The position numbers were made by a program, and so were the translations under genes. A stretch of 64,000 bases of DNA from Tetramitus jugosus. Its lineage: Eukaryota > Protista > Heterolobosea. Below the pieces are notes generated by a model. The model saw only the letters and a program-made list of their open reading frames with translations, was not told where the DNA came from and ran no database searches. Of the stretch, positions 21,864 to 33,675 are shown in pieces. The DNA is taken from assembly GCA_937625935.1 (NCBI GenBank), contig OW569350.1, positions 558,001 through 622,000 on the forward strand. The letters run 5' to 3'. The stretch's first letter is position 1; each line of letters starts with the position of its first letter.

Positions 21864-24134
21864 CTAGAGACAAGGCTCATTTGCAGGGGGGATCGTTTCA
21901 AGCATCTTTTTAGCCTTCTTCAATTCCAATTGACGGAACAGTTTGAGCGTGTTTTGATGTCTTTCATTGGGAGAGAACTTCTTGAGAGAACAAAGTGCAG
22001 CTTGTATACCTCTCAAGTATTCGTTCTTCCTTGAGTTTTTGATACCTTTCTGTGCTGCTCTCTCTTGAACACCACGGGAGAGTTCACTGAGTGTTGAGTT
22101 CTCAAACATTGCATACACATCGTTAATGTGTCCGAGTGTCCGATTGATCCTGCTCTGGGTGCTGTTCATAATCTGATGAACATACAACCAAGCATTTCCT
22201 TCTTCGATTGGATCTATGTCGTGCTGCAAGCTCATTTGAGTCAACACTCTATTGTCAATCGAGTACTGATGGTTGACATCATCATATGTGATTGAGAATC
22301 TGATCAAATCAAACACGGCATCATGGACATCACTCGGTAGTTGACCCTCGTTTGTATAGTAGCAATTCAAGGTATCTCTTCTGAACCATTGTAAGTGCTC
22401 AAGTCTATGGATCATTGGGTAATAGTAAATGAATCTCCTACTGTATGTTTCATTGTTTTGTTCAATTGAAAACTCCAATGCTCTCAACTCAAACGGATCT
22501 TCTGAATCACTCAATTCGTGCGGTATTAGATCAGCAATAAGTGATTGAATCATTGATTTGACTTCAGGCACCATTACTTCGTATGAAAATGGAACCGATT
22601 TCTCAATCAATGGAAGAAATATTCGCTTCGTGAGAAACATGGCACAAAGTTGCCAATTCAACTGCTGTTGATCTAAAAGCTCAATAATCTCAGACCGACA
22701 TAATTCTCTCCAATCTGATCCATCGCTTATTACTTGCGTAATGGACCGTATATTGAGATCCACTGAGAATTCATTCTTTCTGTACTCAAAAATATAAGAG
22801 TATTGATTGTCTCTCGGTTCACAATATCCAAGTTTCCTCCAATCAATCCAAAAGGTTTCTGCAATGTCAATTGATCCATTATTGCTGCTGTGGTTTTCTG
22901 TTACTTCCTCAACTCTCCATTGTTCTCCATTCCAGAACATTAGGAACAAATGTGCATTCTTATAAGCTCGATAGCAATGTATTGTGCTTTCATGTGGATA
23001 ATCTGCTCTTCCATATCTGGTATTACCTTCATAGGAAGGAATAGTTACCTCGTGAGGTACAGGTAAGCTCATTGCCTCCATCTTAATCTGATTATTTCTT
23101 TTTGACAGGATCATACCGTTGCAGATATTTACCATAGGATGCTCGCTTTTCGTTTCATGACCATCTGCAAAGAGTTGATAAAAACGTTGTTGTTCATTGT
23201 TAGAGGCAAGTTCCTTGATATGAACCGAGAAGTACGTCGTTAAGTCATGAATATTGCCCCTGACAAATGACTGCAAATGAATCAAGGAATTAGCATCTGA
23301 ATACAATCCATCATTGGTTGTTTTGTGTTGCGCCAATTGTGTAAACTCTTCCAGTGATTGGCTCAACTGCTTCTCAAACAATTGTTGATATTCGGAATGA
23401 ATCTGTTGCAGAGAGTATTCGCTCTGATTCTGAGCCATTCTCATCACCAAGTAATGCATGTCGTTACCTACTGTATAGTCATATATTCTATGATTATGTT
23501 CCTTGTTCGCCAATTGTATCGCCCAATTCAAGTATCGAAACGTATACACAAACAACTTTCTGCCCTTGCTCAAATCGTTCTCCTTCACAATTCTGTTATA
23601 TGCCTTTTGCCATGTTCTTGCAATCTCATTCAATACGCTTTCTCTCAGTTTTGGCATTCTCAATGTAAATGACTGCACTACACTGAGATCATTATGATAT
23701 TGATTGAATGGAAAACAGCATTCATTCTTCCAAAAGTGTTCATGGTTTGGATCCATGTTCGAAAACATGGCAAACAACACCCAAATGCAATGCTCGTGCA
23801 ACAAATCCATAAATACTTCATAACTATACACACTTACATTATATAGATCCCTACATTCGATCATTAATCTTCTGTACTGTCGCCTAGAGTTCACCAAGAA
23901 GCCTTCCATCTCACACTTTGAGAACTCTTCTTCTTGTGATGCCAGTTGAAGCTTCGTGTAATCTGAAATTTCTTTCTCTAGATCAGCCAAGTAATTCCTT
24001 TCATCTGGCTTCAAAACAACCAGGACATCATAGTCGGAATCTGGCAAATGTGTTCCATAGATTCTCGATCCAAACAAGAAAACGTTCTGAACTTTGGTAG
24101 GATCAATCCGAACAGTATCAAAAAATTCGTTCAT
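21864..24134 (-). CDS. Pol-beta-superfamily nucleotidyltransferase fused to a degenerate RNA-ligase-like region
   Basis: FLFGSRIYG..DSDYDVLVV NTase motif; helical segment KGRKLFVYTFRYLNWAIQL; downstream PMVNICNGMIL, FWNGEQWRV, YSYIFE; first ATG at 24134. Confidence 0.7.
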   Translation of the reverse strand: MNEFFDTVRIDPTKVQNVFLFGSRIYGTHLPDSDYDVLVVLKPDERNYLADLEKEISDYTKLQLASQEEEFSKCEMEGFLVNSRRQYRRLMIECRDLYNVSVYSYEVFMDLLHEHCIWVLFAMFSNMDPNHEHFWKNECCFPFNQYHNDLSVVQSFTLRMPKLRESVLNEIARTWQKAYNRIVKENDLSKGRKLFVYTFRYLNWAIQLANKEHNHRIYDYTVGNDMHYLVMRMAQNQSEYSLQQIHSEYQQLFEKQLSQSLEEFTQLAQHKTTNDGLYSDANSLIHLQSFVRGNIHDLTTYFSVHIKELASNNEQQRFYQLFADGHETKSEHPMVNICNGMILSKRNNQIKMEAMSLPVPHEVTIPSYEGNTRYGRADYPHESTIHCYRAYKNAHLFLMFWNGEQWRVEEVTENHSSNNGSIDIAETFWIDWRKLGYCEPRDNQYSYIFEYRKNEFSVDLNIRSITQVISDGSDWRELCRSEIIELLDQQQLNWQLCAMFLTKRIFLPLIEKSVPFSYEVMVPEVKSMIQSLIADLIPHELSDSEDPFELRALEFSIEQNNETYSRRFIYYYPMIHRLEHLQWFRRDTLNCYYTNEGQLPSDVHDAVFDLIRFSITYDDVNHQYSIDNRVLTQMSLQHDIDPIEEGNAWLYVHQIMNSTQSRINRTLGHINDVYAMFENSTLSELSRGVQERAAQKGIKNSRKNEYLRGIQAALCSLKKFSPNERHQNTLKLFRQLELKKAKKMLETIPPANEPCL

Positions 24135-24460
24135 CGATAGAGATCTAATGAGGATAATTCTTGTGTGTCCGTTCTTGTTTTTCTTTGACCCAAGGTTTGT
24201 CTGCAAGATCAATTTGCATTCTAGTTCTTGTTCTTGTTCGTACTTGCACTTCTATTGATTGTGTTTCTCCGAGATATCTCTCAACGTAAAAATAGTCCCC
24301 AATGAATCAACGACATCAGGGTGTTGATCTGTCTCTGATGGATGCACATTGAAAACGAAAACTGATCAAGAAGCAGAAAAGAAGAAGAACTGAATTTCTA
24401 TTTGCTGAGAAACCTCAACAACTATTGTAACAGTGTATTGCTTTGTATCACACGAACAAA

Positions 24461-25459
24461 ATGATATTCTTTTGTTTTGTACTGCTCTTGTTGGTCACTG
24501 GCACCATCACTCTCATGTACCTTAACTATTTTAAGCCTTCTACGATTGATCCAAAGGGAAAGGTCATTCTTGTGACTGGAGCTGCTGGAGGTATTGGTAG
24601 TCAATTGGTCAATGATTTGTCTGCCAGGGGATGTGAGGTCATTGCCTGTGACATCAATGCAGATCGATTGAAGGAACTGTATGAAAACAGATCGAATGTC
24701 TATGTAGAGCAGGCGGATGTGACCAATGTGAAACAGATTGAAGAATTGGGGAAAAGAGTGAGACAATTGCTCAACGACAAGGGAAAGGAGTTGTTTGGTT
24801 TGGTGAACAATGCCGGTATTGGACCTACTGAATCGTCTTCGCTCGTGGATAAGTCCGAGGAACAAATGATGAAGATGATCAATATCAACTTGTTGGCTGC
24901 TCATCGATTCGTCAAGGAGTTCTATCCAATCATGACTCGATTGCAGGACAATGTACAGAAAACTGCCCAGCAACGAAATAAGTTTATTGGTGGCTCCATT
25001 GTGAATATTAGCTCTGTTCTAGCTACTACATTCCCTGGTTTCATTAGCTTCTATCCAACTACCAAGGCTGCCCTCGCTTGCTATAGTGACTCTCTGAGAA
25101 GAGAATTGAGATTTAAGAAGGTCCGTGTATCATACATTCAACCTGGAGCGATTCAAACACCTATTTGGACACCGCCCGCCATTGAAAGTAACTCTGAGTA
25201 TGTCAAGGAACTCGTTGTCGTAGCCTTAGCACAAAAGAGACTCCATGAGTTGAAGAAACAACCTCCTTCAGTTGTCTCTGACTGTATCATCAAATGTTTG
25301 TTCACTATTAGAAATTGCGGATATGATGGAATTGAGTCCATGATTGCTGAGAGAGATTGGTTCAAATACCTGGGCTACAAGTTCTTGCCCCTGATGCCGA
25401 CCTGGGTGAATGAGTGGTACTTTAGACAGATCGAACAACCATGGTTCATCCTAGGATGA
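24461..25459 (+). CDS. Classical short-chain dehydrogenase/reductase (retinol/17-beta-HSD-like) with an N-terminal anchor
   Basis: TGAAGGIG, NNAG, NISS, YPTTK catalytic motif, IQPG. Confidence 0.93.
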   Translation: MIFFCFVLLLLVTGTITLMYLNYFKPSTIDPKGKVILVTGAAGGIGSQLVNDLSARGCEVIACDINADRLKELYENRSNVYVEQADVTNVKQIEELGKRVRQLLNDKGKELFGLVNNAGIGPTESSSLVDKSEEQMMKMININLLAAHRFVKEFYPIMTRLQDNVQKTAQQRNKFIGGSIVNISSVLATTFPGFISFYPTTKAALACYSDSLRRELRFKKVRVSYIQPGAIQTPIWTPPAIESNSEYVKELVVVALAQKRLHELKKQPPSVVSDCIIKCLFTIRNCGYDGIESMIAERDWFKYLGYKFLPLMPTWVNEWYFRQIEQPWFILG

Positions 25460-25793
25460 ACATACAAACAGAGTGGTACAATATTCCGTGAAATAAAATC
25501 TGTGTGCCATGCTCAAGCAAATCTGGTGGATAAAGTTTGCAGATTCGTAGAAGGCCTGACGGGCAGACCGCATCTTTTCTCCTCTGAGGCGGTTAATTGT
25601 TTTTTGTAAAACTCTCATCGGGATAAAGAGTTGAGCTGTCTTTGAAGCGGCAACCGCAGGAGCTGAGCGCGCGGTGAATCCCCGTTGGGCACACGCATGC
25701 AACACCCACACACAAAAACTACTGAGGAAAAAAACAAACGAACTCCAAGCACCCTCTCTCAAACACAACATCCCTTTTACATTACTCAACAAA

Positions 25794-26586
25794 ATGAACG
25801 CAAGACTCTTAGCTTCTTCCATGAGAATGGCCAACAAGAAGGCTCTCTTGGCTCGTGTCTCCCAAAACAACAAGCTTTTCATTGTACCAGTTGCTCCAAA
25901 GCAAGCTGTTCGTTTCTTCCAATCCCCAAAGAAGGCTGAAGAAGCTGGATACATTGATACATTGGTTGGTGTCTATGAAGACCCTGCTTATGGATTGGAC
26001 TTGAAGCCTGATGAGTGGAGAGAAGGTCAAGCTTTCCATTATGTTGCTGAATTTGGTATCATGATTGTTTCTGTGCCTGGCATCATTGTTGCCACCTTGT
26101 GTGCTTCCTTCTTGGCTTGGTATACATTCTTTGACAGCCAAACTTCGTATGTATCACAGGTTGCATGTGTGTGTGTGATTGTTCACCATTTTACTGGTGA
26201 ATATTTTTTTTTGGACATTTCATTTTTGCCGCAAGAATTTTTTCTGACAAGACGCGTGTTTCATTTTTATTTTCCTATGTTACTGGCTGGTGGTGATTCA
26301 ATTTGGCGCACATTCTCATTTACAGTGTCTTCAGAAACAATCCACATCCATACTTTGCTATCAACAACGGTATGGACCTCCATCAAACCAGAAATCCAAT
26401 CTGGAGCTGGGCATGGCCATTTGGTCCTCACTCTGACTTGAAGGTTAGATTCTACTATGAAATTCAAGACGCAATGTATGTAACAAACACAAGATATTTT
26501 TTTGTGCTTGCATTTTCAGATTTGCTAACACAGGACCACCACTATCTTGTATCACACACAGTGAGAGAAAGCAGAAGATGAACTAA
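25794..26586 (+). CDS. Small single-TM, probably mitochondrial protein (weak NDUFA4/B12D-like resemblance); introns 26147-26325 and 26476-26533 or -26561
   Basis: Basic amphipathic presequence MNARLLASSMRMANKK; one TM; GTATGT donors and CAG acceptors give TS|VFRNNPHPY in frame; last exon ambiguous. Confidence 0.55.
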
Positions 26587-26936
26587 ATTACTCTTCAGGG
26601 ACGAATTCATGACAAGTTTTTTTTTGAATTTGAATGAAGGATATTTATTGTATGGTTGAATGGTTGTTTCTCAAATGATTACCGAATGTTTTCTCCCGCG
26701 TTCTTGTCTTTTTGAGCGACGTGTTTATTTTGTCGTTTATTTGTTTGTAGAGCTTTGCATGGAATCGTTCTTGTTCGCCACACAATGTCTCTTCATGTTC
26801 ACTTCTTGGTGTTCTTCTAACCAACGATGCGATTTCCACACAATCGTTTTTGCATTTTAAAATGCAACACATTTGCGCAAGATAATAATTAATTGAACCT
26901 AGATTGCATTTCGCGTTTCTGTGCATGCAAAAGTTG

Positions 26937-28108
26937 TTACGAGGTGCCGCGATTTTTCTTTGAATATTCTATTGCCTTTTCCTCCTGTTCCATGTCGTCT
27001 CGTATACTCACTGGAGGATAACACCACAATCGATAGCTATTCGTTCGTAGCTTACTGCTCTTCAAAACTTTGCGATACAGTTCTGGCAACGTCTTTTCAC
27101 ATGGGCCCAGAATATGCTTGACATACTTGTTGCGACCACCACAAAACGAAACACAATCCTTTGTCGTCACATTAAAATTGTAAAACATTTTCTGTTTTCC
27201 GTTCTGGTTGGACCGACTGTCCACTCGTCCAATAATCTCCTGCGTCACACCGACAGACATGCTCGTTCCCACAAAAATGATCACATCTGCCTCATCAATC
27301 CACTTGAGACACTTGTGCCACTGATAGAAATCATGACTCTCATACAATTCATCAAACAACAACACCTGAGGCAAGCACGGTGCCTTACAATTCGGACACA
27401 TGGGCGTCTTTTCAATCACCAAATTTCCATCGGTGAATTTTGTGCCTTTTTTTGGACAACAATCCCGCTCTAGCTCAATCCCGCCAATGGACTCCCGCTG
27501 ACTGTAGCGACAATTTTTCCGATAGCACTTGTAGAGACCGAGTCGACCATGCACTTCGACCAATGTGTTATTCTTGAGTGACGTTTTAGAATGGAGTCGA
27601 TCCACGTTCTGCGTAATGACACGTGCATTATGAACGAGTTGACAAATGTGAGCAATGGCATAGTGACCTGCATTCGGTTTCGCCGTATAGTACTCTGGTC
27701 GCTCATGCGTGTGCAACCAAAATTCATTGTACCATTTGAGTTCATTGCTCGTAAACATTTTTCTCGTTCCCCATTCGAGCACAAAATTCTGAATTCGGAT
27801 CCGAATTCATGCACGCACACATGTGTGAGTCACTTGTTCAAGTCACAAAAAAAAAAGCAAAGTGAGACAATGTTGAAAGAGAGACATACGTTCCAAACAG
27901 AACCCTTCTCTGAACGATAGGTACTGATACCACTGGCCACAGATAGTCCAGCACCCGTCACAAACAGTACATTCTTACCAGAGGAGAGATCATTGGCCAG
28001 GGTGTTGAGATTTTTGATGGTGGAGACTGAGAATTGAAAATCAGATTTACTATGGTTTTTGTTGTTATTGGTGTTGTTCAGTAGTGGTGGTGGTGGTAGT
28101 TGACTCAT
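26937..28108 (-). CDS. Sirtuin (Sir2-family NAD+-dependent deacylase); intron 27789-27889
   Basis: [31 protein letters not shown], two CxxC pairs, VLLFDE, VGTS; a phase-0 GTATGT...TTCAG intron joins the two ORFs. Confidence 0.92.
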
Positions 28109-28279
28109 GTTTTTGTTTTTTTATGGCGATGTGCTGCTTTTTTGGTTCAGACATGATGCTGGAAGAAGAAAAGGTAGCAGCGTATTTTCCCGATAGGTTT
28201 TATTGACTGCAGATATTCAAACAATACCGAATGACTTAAGTGCACACAAGAAGGAAAAGATGAAGCGAATACTCTCAAA

Positions 28280-29683
28280 ATGAAGAGCTGGAATTATTGT
28301 TTAAAAAATTTGACATTGAAACACTTCGAACTCTTTGTGAATCACAAGTGGAGGAAGTTACTTTATCACGTGAAACATGAATTTTGCCAAGGAGTATTTT
28401 GCAGATGGACACAAGAATTGCCACTGTTGCCCGAAGTGCAATCTTACATTTTCTGCAGAAAACTCCCTTATTTGAAGGCATTCACTCAGATGACGCGAAA
28501 CCCTTGAGTACTTTTTTGAGTGAGGTAATTCCATCTGAGGAGAGAGCTCCCATCCAGTTCGAGATTGCTCTCCTTTCCTCAATGTGTAATCATATCGTCG
28601 CTCTGGTTCAATCACCTGAAGGTGACATCTACGCGTTTGAGGATCCAGATTGTCTCAAATCTATAGTAATTTGGCGAGAGGATAACCTAGAAATGTGTGT
28701 CACTGCTAATCACCTACCAGATGATAAGAGCGACGAAGAGTCAAACACCAAAGACAACACACCTGGAGATCTTGAACCCTCAAGATTGCAAACGAAGCAA
28801 CAAGGCCATTCGTCAAACAGTGGGACAGACTCATCAGCATCTTGCTCTCAGAGAAATTACTGTTATTGCAGCATTCAGAGGATCGAGAGAGAACTCAATT
28901 TGGTCAAAGTATCTGTGTTGGAGAAGTCTGATCGAACATATGCTTCATGCTCATGAGACCTGCGTTTACGAAAATATCATTGGGCCAACCAAGTGAGAGA
29001 ACTTTGATGACTCGCATCAAAGAGTTAAACCATGTGAACATATCCAGAGTACAGCCACTTCGAGATCAACTTGTTCCCTGATTGGATGAAATCGATGGTT
29101 GAACCTTATAGAGTGTTGCCACAGTGTTATGTCACTGTCACTGAGCCATTAATTCAACAGAAGAAGGTTATCTGTCGCACCTTGAACGGAGTTCTACGAG
29201 GATTAGAACAAATTCACTCTGTTGGTGTGTTTCACCACGATCTTTCAATGTCCAATGTTTAGAGCAACAGGTACAACTCTGAAGGAGCATGAGTGAGGAA
29301 AAGAATTTGAGTTGTGTGATCTAGTGTTGATCGACTTTAACTATGGAAACACGTATAAGGTGGGCGATATAGTTCCTGGTTGGATATCGTATGGAACAAA
29401 ACCATTTTCTGCTGGTGTTGTTTTTGCTCATTATGCAAGATTAACAATTACAAGAACGGAATGGTTCATGCCTTTGCCTGATGAACATCATTACATGGAT
29501 TATATTGATGAGATTGAAAGGTACCTTTCTGGTGATTCTCTTGTGCACTATTGTGGTTCATACTTTGCATCTCTTTATGCACGACTTATTTCTGGTCTGA
29601 TTGCTCAAATGCATGAAAGATTGAGCCTTCAAGAATCATTGGCAATCGTGAATGAGATGAGTCGCCTATCCACACATATCTGA
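28280..29683 (+). pseudogene. Fragmented protein kinase (FunK1-like) pseudogene
   Basis: Catalytic-loop-like HHDLSMSNV followed by a stop, then LIDFN and GTKPF in a different frame; several short broken ORFs. Confidence 0.55.
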
Positions 29684-29687
29684 CTAT

Positions 29688-32600
29688 TCACTCGCTTAAC
29701 CACTGTTGATTTAAGCTGGAAAGAGTCTTACTGATTACATCTGATGTGATGGGCGTACATTCGAGCTTAATTAATTCCATATGGTGGGCCGTATTATTAA
29801 TATGGTATCGACCCTTCTCCTCTGCTCGAACAACTGGAACACCTTTGATGAACATATCAAGCATAGGCCAAATTGTTTTTTTGTCACGATCAGATTCCAG
29901 CAGATTATCATGTAGATGTTGTTTTGTAAGGTCGAACCACTCTGAGTAGCTTTTGACAACTACTATGTCTGGCTTGTATGCTCGCATAACAGCAACAAAA
30001 TCCTTCCATTGTATTCCCATACTATGAGGATTCAAGATGTTAAAGCTCTGAGATCCTTCTGTATTGTGCCTTACTACCGTTGATACGATGAACTGCGAGA
30101 CAAAGTCCACTGGACACAGCTCTAATACTCCTTCAGCATCTGAATATGGATCAGGAAATTGAGGGACTCGGTTGGCAATCAAAAAGGTATAAAATAATCT
30201 AGATACCCAATCTGTTATGTTGGATCGGCCAGTGAGAGAGGATGAAGATATCATTCCGGGACGATATATTGTTATAGGAATGGAATGCTGTTGAATTGCA
30301 ATAGCTATAATTTGTTCCGCCACATTCTTGCTCTGGGCATATCCTTCCACCAGTTTCTGTGGTTGGAATGAATCTTCTCTAACATTAAAATTCTCTTCAA
30401 TATCACAATCCGATGGGAAAATTGAAGTTGATGAAACATAATGAATATGTTTTTGTACTCGTCCAGTGACTGATAGGCGAATAATCTCTCTAGTACCATC
30501 TACATTTGTGGATTTATGAGCTTCATATGGCAGATAGGCATTTACCAAGGCACCATTATGAATAATAGCATCGATGTTTTGTGCCAATTCTTCGAATTGC
30601 TGTAATGATAGACCTAATAACGGCTCAGACAGACTACCAAAAACAGGGATAATTCTTGATTGATCCTTACACTGTTGAAGCAAGGTCTTAGTTCTTGTAC
30701 TTTCTCTTACTAAGCAATACACCGTTACTTGGGTCGAACTCAACAGTACTTCGAGTAAATGACTGCCAAGGAAGCCAGTAGCTCCCGTTAATAGTATAGC
30801 GTTGATATGAGTTGGATATTCAGTGCACTGCTTGGTTATATCCAAATAGATATCCTGGCTAAAATCGATGACCTTTGGCTTGGAAGGTGAAATGAAATCC
30901 TTATTCTTAATATGATTCGCGATGTTCCTCAAGTAAGACTCCTTAAATAGCTCTTCTTTAGGCACCGTAATATTATAATCTCTCTTAATTAGTTCAATGA
31001 GACGTATTGCAGATATGGAATCTCCACCAACTTGAGTAAAATCTGTTTGCTCAGCAGAAATCCCTTCCTTATCCAGCACTGTAGAGACCATACGTAGTAA
31101 TTGACTCTCTAATTCAAAATCCTTAGTGTCAATATTCTTGGCAACTTCGTTCAATTTTCCTCTGTATTTCTTGAGTAAATTAGGTCTATTCAGTTTGAAA
31201 GAAGGAGTGAGTAGAGTATTTCCTGGTGTGAATGATTCATCGAATTCTAGAATAATATCCCTCGGTACTTCGTATGGAGGAATTTCCTTTCTTCTGGCTA
31301 TAAAGATAACATCCTTATATATTTTAGCTCGGAGTTCCTCTTTGGTTAGACCTAATTCGATTACCTGCTGATTGGGTACGACTACTGCGAGCAAATATGA
31401 TTTGTCCATTTCGCCATGAATGAAAATCTGATCTATCATAGTACTCTCTAAGAATATACCTTCAATTCTGCTTGGAGAGATGAACTCTCCTTGCTGTAAC
31501 TTGAAGACAAACTTTTTCCTGTCAATAATTCGTACTTTCCCATTTTCCAATAGTTCTCCAATATCTCCAGTTCTAAAATAACCATCGTCTGTGAACGATT
31601 CGTTCGTATTCTCAGGATCCTTATAGTATTCTGTTACCATACCACCGGTCTTGACAACAATTTCTCCTCTCGGGTTTGGTTTATCTTCAGATGTGTAGCC
31701 CATATCAGGAACATCGAGGAGCTTAAACTCAACATGACTCAGTAGCTCTCCATTAGATGCTATTCCGCCACTCTCACTCGTACCATACCCATCAAAGACA
31801 TCACAATCGAACAGATCGCTAATAAATTCCTTTACATGGTCACTAGTGTACGCGCCACCTGTGACTATATACTCGGTGCGTCCTCCTAGAAGTGAAGAAA
31901 ACTCTTTCTTCAAATCTAACTCGATTCTATTTGTATCAACAACTCCATCTACATCCATCCTCGCTTGTAATAATCGATGATTCAGAACCGATTGATATTG
32001 AGAATATATAAAACTCCAAATTCTTGGAGGTCCAAGCAGTATTGTAGGTCTTAATAACTTTAAGTCATCAAACAAACTCTCAATAGATCCAGAATATAGC
32101 CCTGTTTGCCCACCCTTGCATAGTCCTTGAAGATACAATTTTCTATCTGTCAGATGAGACAATGGCATGTATGAAACTTGTATAAGTGGATCTATACTGC
32201 GACTATTTTGTATCTTTACATCTTGTAACATCTCATACCAGATGTGTTCATTACATACACTTCCTTTTGGAAACCCAGTTGAACCACTCGTGTAGACTAA
32301 GGTAACGATATCCTCCTTTTTTCTATCAACGATCGTAAAACTAGAAGGATCAGGTGTGATTTCTCGTCCATTACGAATTAGTGAATCGAAAGTTATGATT
32401 TGGTCATCAATTTGAGTATCTGAGATTATGGTTCGTATCGACGGACAAGTGCGAACTAGAGCGAGTGCTTTTTGAGTCATATCATCACCGATACAAATGA
32501 TGGTATTCAAACCAGTCTGGTTGACGATATGTTCCATCTGCTCGACACTGAAAGTCGAGTGTAAAGGCACGCTTGTATACCCAGAAAATAAGCATGCCAG

Positions 32601-33503
32601 ATCAGCGAGCAACCACTCTAAGCAATTGGATCCAAGTATTCCAACAAATGAATTATATGGAACAATCTGACGTACTCCCATAGTAAAGCATACACACAGT
32701 GCAAAAACATCTTCATAAGTCATCCATTCATATTCATTCGACAGTCCATCAGCATTTCTCTTTCTATAACCAACACAAGGTTGTTTTGCAAAATATTGAA
32801 AGCTGCTCTTTATAATTCCTGCGCTTGTCTTACCTAAAAGTACTCTATCTTGCAACTCGAAACGGTCAGGATTATCTGTTAAAATGGATATGTTACGAAG
32901 TGTCATTTGACGAATTTTTGGAGGAGGTTCCTCCCGACGGGTGTCATCATCGGTAATACTAGTACCATATTCTTCATTCATTTGACTCGATCTCTCATAA
33001 TACTGTATTTGCTTCTCTTCCAAATTCTCATTGTCCAACAATTCGATATCACTATTCCCCAATGGATCATCCAACACGACAGTAAAGTTTGGATTTTCCA
33101 TGGCATACGTGACTCTTTCAATATATTGACTCATTTTATCACCACCACTGCCTGATGAAGAAGACAATTTTCGATCATGGCCACCTCCACTGCTCCGCAC
33201 AACACCCACATAGCTCATCTCGTTCATTTTTTCACAAAAAGTTTTCATAAGAGAGTAAATTGACACTTGTTCTGTTTCATCACCACTCGGTGGTATGTAC
33301 AAATCAATACCAGTAATCTCAATGGAGCATGAGTCTGATTTTGTGATGATTCGTTCGAGTTGTTCCTTTTTATGGACGGTTGTAATGATTTTCTTGCCAT
33401 AGTTCTGGTGGAGGTTATGATGATGAGACATTGGTTGCTTGTTTTGACGTAATCTGATTGGCCTATGTGAATGGCGAGTTGCAATTTGACAAAGACGTCT
33501 CAT
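29688..33503 (-). CDS. Carboxylic-acid-reductase-like A-T-R enzyme (acyl-adenylation, carrier, thioester reductase) with an N-terminal ZPR1-like domain
   Basis: YTSGSTGFPKG, GYGTSE, FRTGD, IIDRKK; phosphopantetheine site GGDSI; reductase LLTGATGFLG and YAQSK; N-terminal ITKSDSCSIEI, FTVVLDDPLGNS, YERSSQMNEEYG. Confidence 0.9.
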   Translation of the reverse strand: MRRLCQIATRHSHRPIRLRQNKQPMSHHHNLHQNYGKKIITTVHKKEQLERIITKSDSCSIEITGIDLYIPPSGDETEQVSIYSLMKTFCEKMNEMSYVGVVRSSGGGHDRKLSSSSGSGGDKMSQYIERVTYAMENPNFTVVLDDPLGNSDIELLDNENLEEKQIQYYERSSQMNEEYGTSITDDDTRREEPPPKIRQMTLRNISILTDNPDRFELQDRVLLGKTSAGIIKSSFQYFAKQPCVGYRKRNADGLSNEYEWMTYEDVFALCVCFTMGVRQIVPYNSFVGILGSNCLEWLLADLACLFSGYTSVPLHSTFSVEQMEHIVNQTGLNTIICIGDDMTQKALALVRTCPSIRTIISDTQIDDQIITFDSLIRNGREITPDPSSFTIVDRKKEDIVTLVYTSGSTGFPKGSVCNEHIWYEMLQDVKIQNSRSIDPLIQVSYMPLSHLTDRKLYLQGLCKGGQTGLYSGSIESLFDDLKLLRPTILLGPPRIWSFIYSQYQSVLNHRLLQARMDVDGVVDTNRIELDLKKEFSSLLGGRTEYIVTGGAYTSDHVKEFISDLFDCDVFDGYGTSESGGIASNGELLSHVEFKLLDVPDMGYTSEDKPNPRGEIVVKTGGMVTEYYKDPENTNESFTDDGYFRTGDIGELLENGKVRIIDRKKFVFKLQQGEFISPSRIEGIFLESTMIDQIFIHGEMDKSYLLAVVVPNQQVIELGLTKEELRAKIYKDVIFIARRKEIPPYEVPRDIILEFDESFTPGNTLLTPSFKLNRPNLLKKYRGKLNEVAKNIDTKDFELESQLLRMVSTVLDKEGISAEQTDFTQVGGDSISAIRLIELIKRDYNITVPKEELFKESYLRNIANHIKNKDFISPSKPKVIDFSQDIYLDITKQCTEYPTHINAILLTGATGFLGSHLLEVLLSSTQVTVYCLVRESTRTKTLLQQCKDQSRIIPVFGSLSEPLLGLSLQQFEELAQNIDAIIHNGALVNAYLPYEAHKSTNVDGTREIIRLSVTGRVQKHIHYVSSTSIFPSDCDIEENFNVREDSFQPQKLVEGYAQSKNVAEQIIAIAIQQHSIPITIYRPGMISSSSLTGRSNITDWVSRLFYTFLIANRVPQFPDPYSDAEGVLELCPVDFVSQFIVSTVVRHNTEGSQSFNILNPHSMGIQWKDFVAVMRAYKPDIVVVKSYSEWFDLTKQHLHDNLLESDRDKKTIWPMLDMFIKGVPVVRAEEKGRYHINNTAHHMELIKLECTPITSDVISKTLSSLNQQWLSE

Positions 33504-33675
33504 GTGACTCAGCTTTAGATTTGATTTTTGGGCATCAAAAACACAGTTGTGACAACAAATCTACGGAAACTTGGGCTGGACCGAAACGAGGAATGTTTTC
33601 GCGATCCATTGGCCTTCTTCTTTATTGAGACAGGGATCATCCAATTTTTCTTTGTGTCCTTCGATATCCATTTGT

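Noticed and set aside
21864-33503. Operon-like defence or biosynthetic cluster (NTase, SDR, sirtuin, kinase, CAR)
   Set aside because: Mixed orientations, an interspersed mitochondrial housekeeping-type gene and a canonical sirtuin; nothing in the sequence shows functional coupling.
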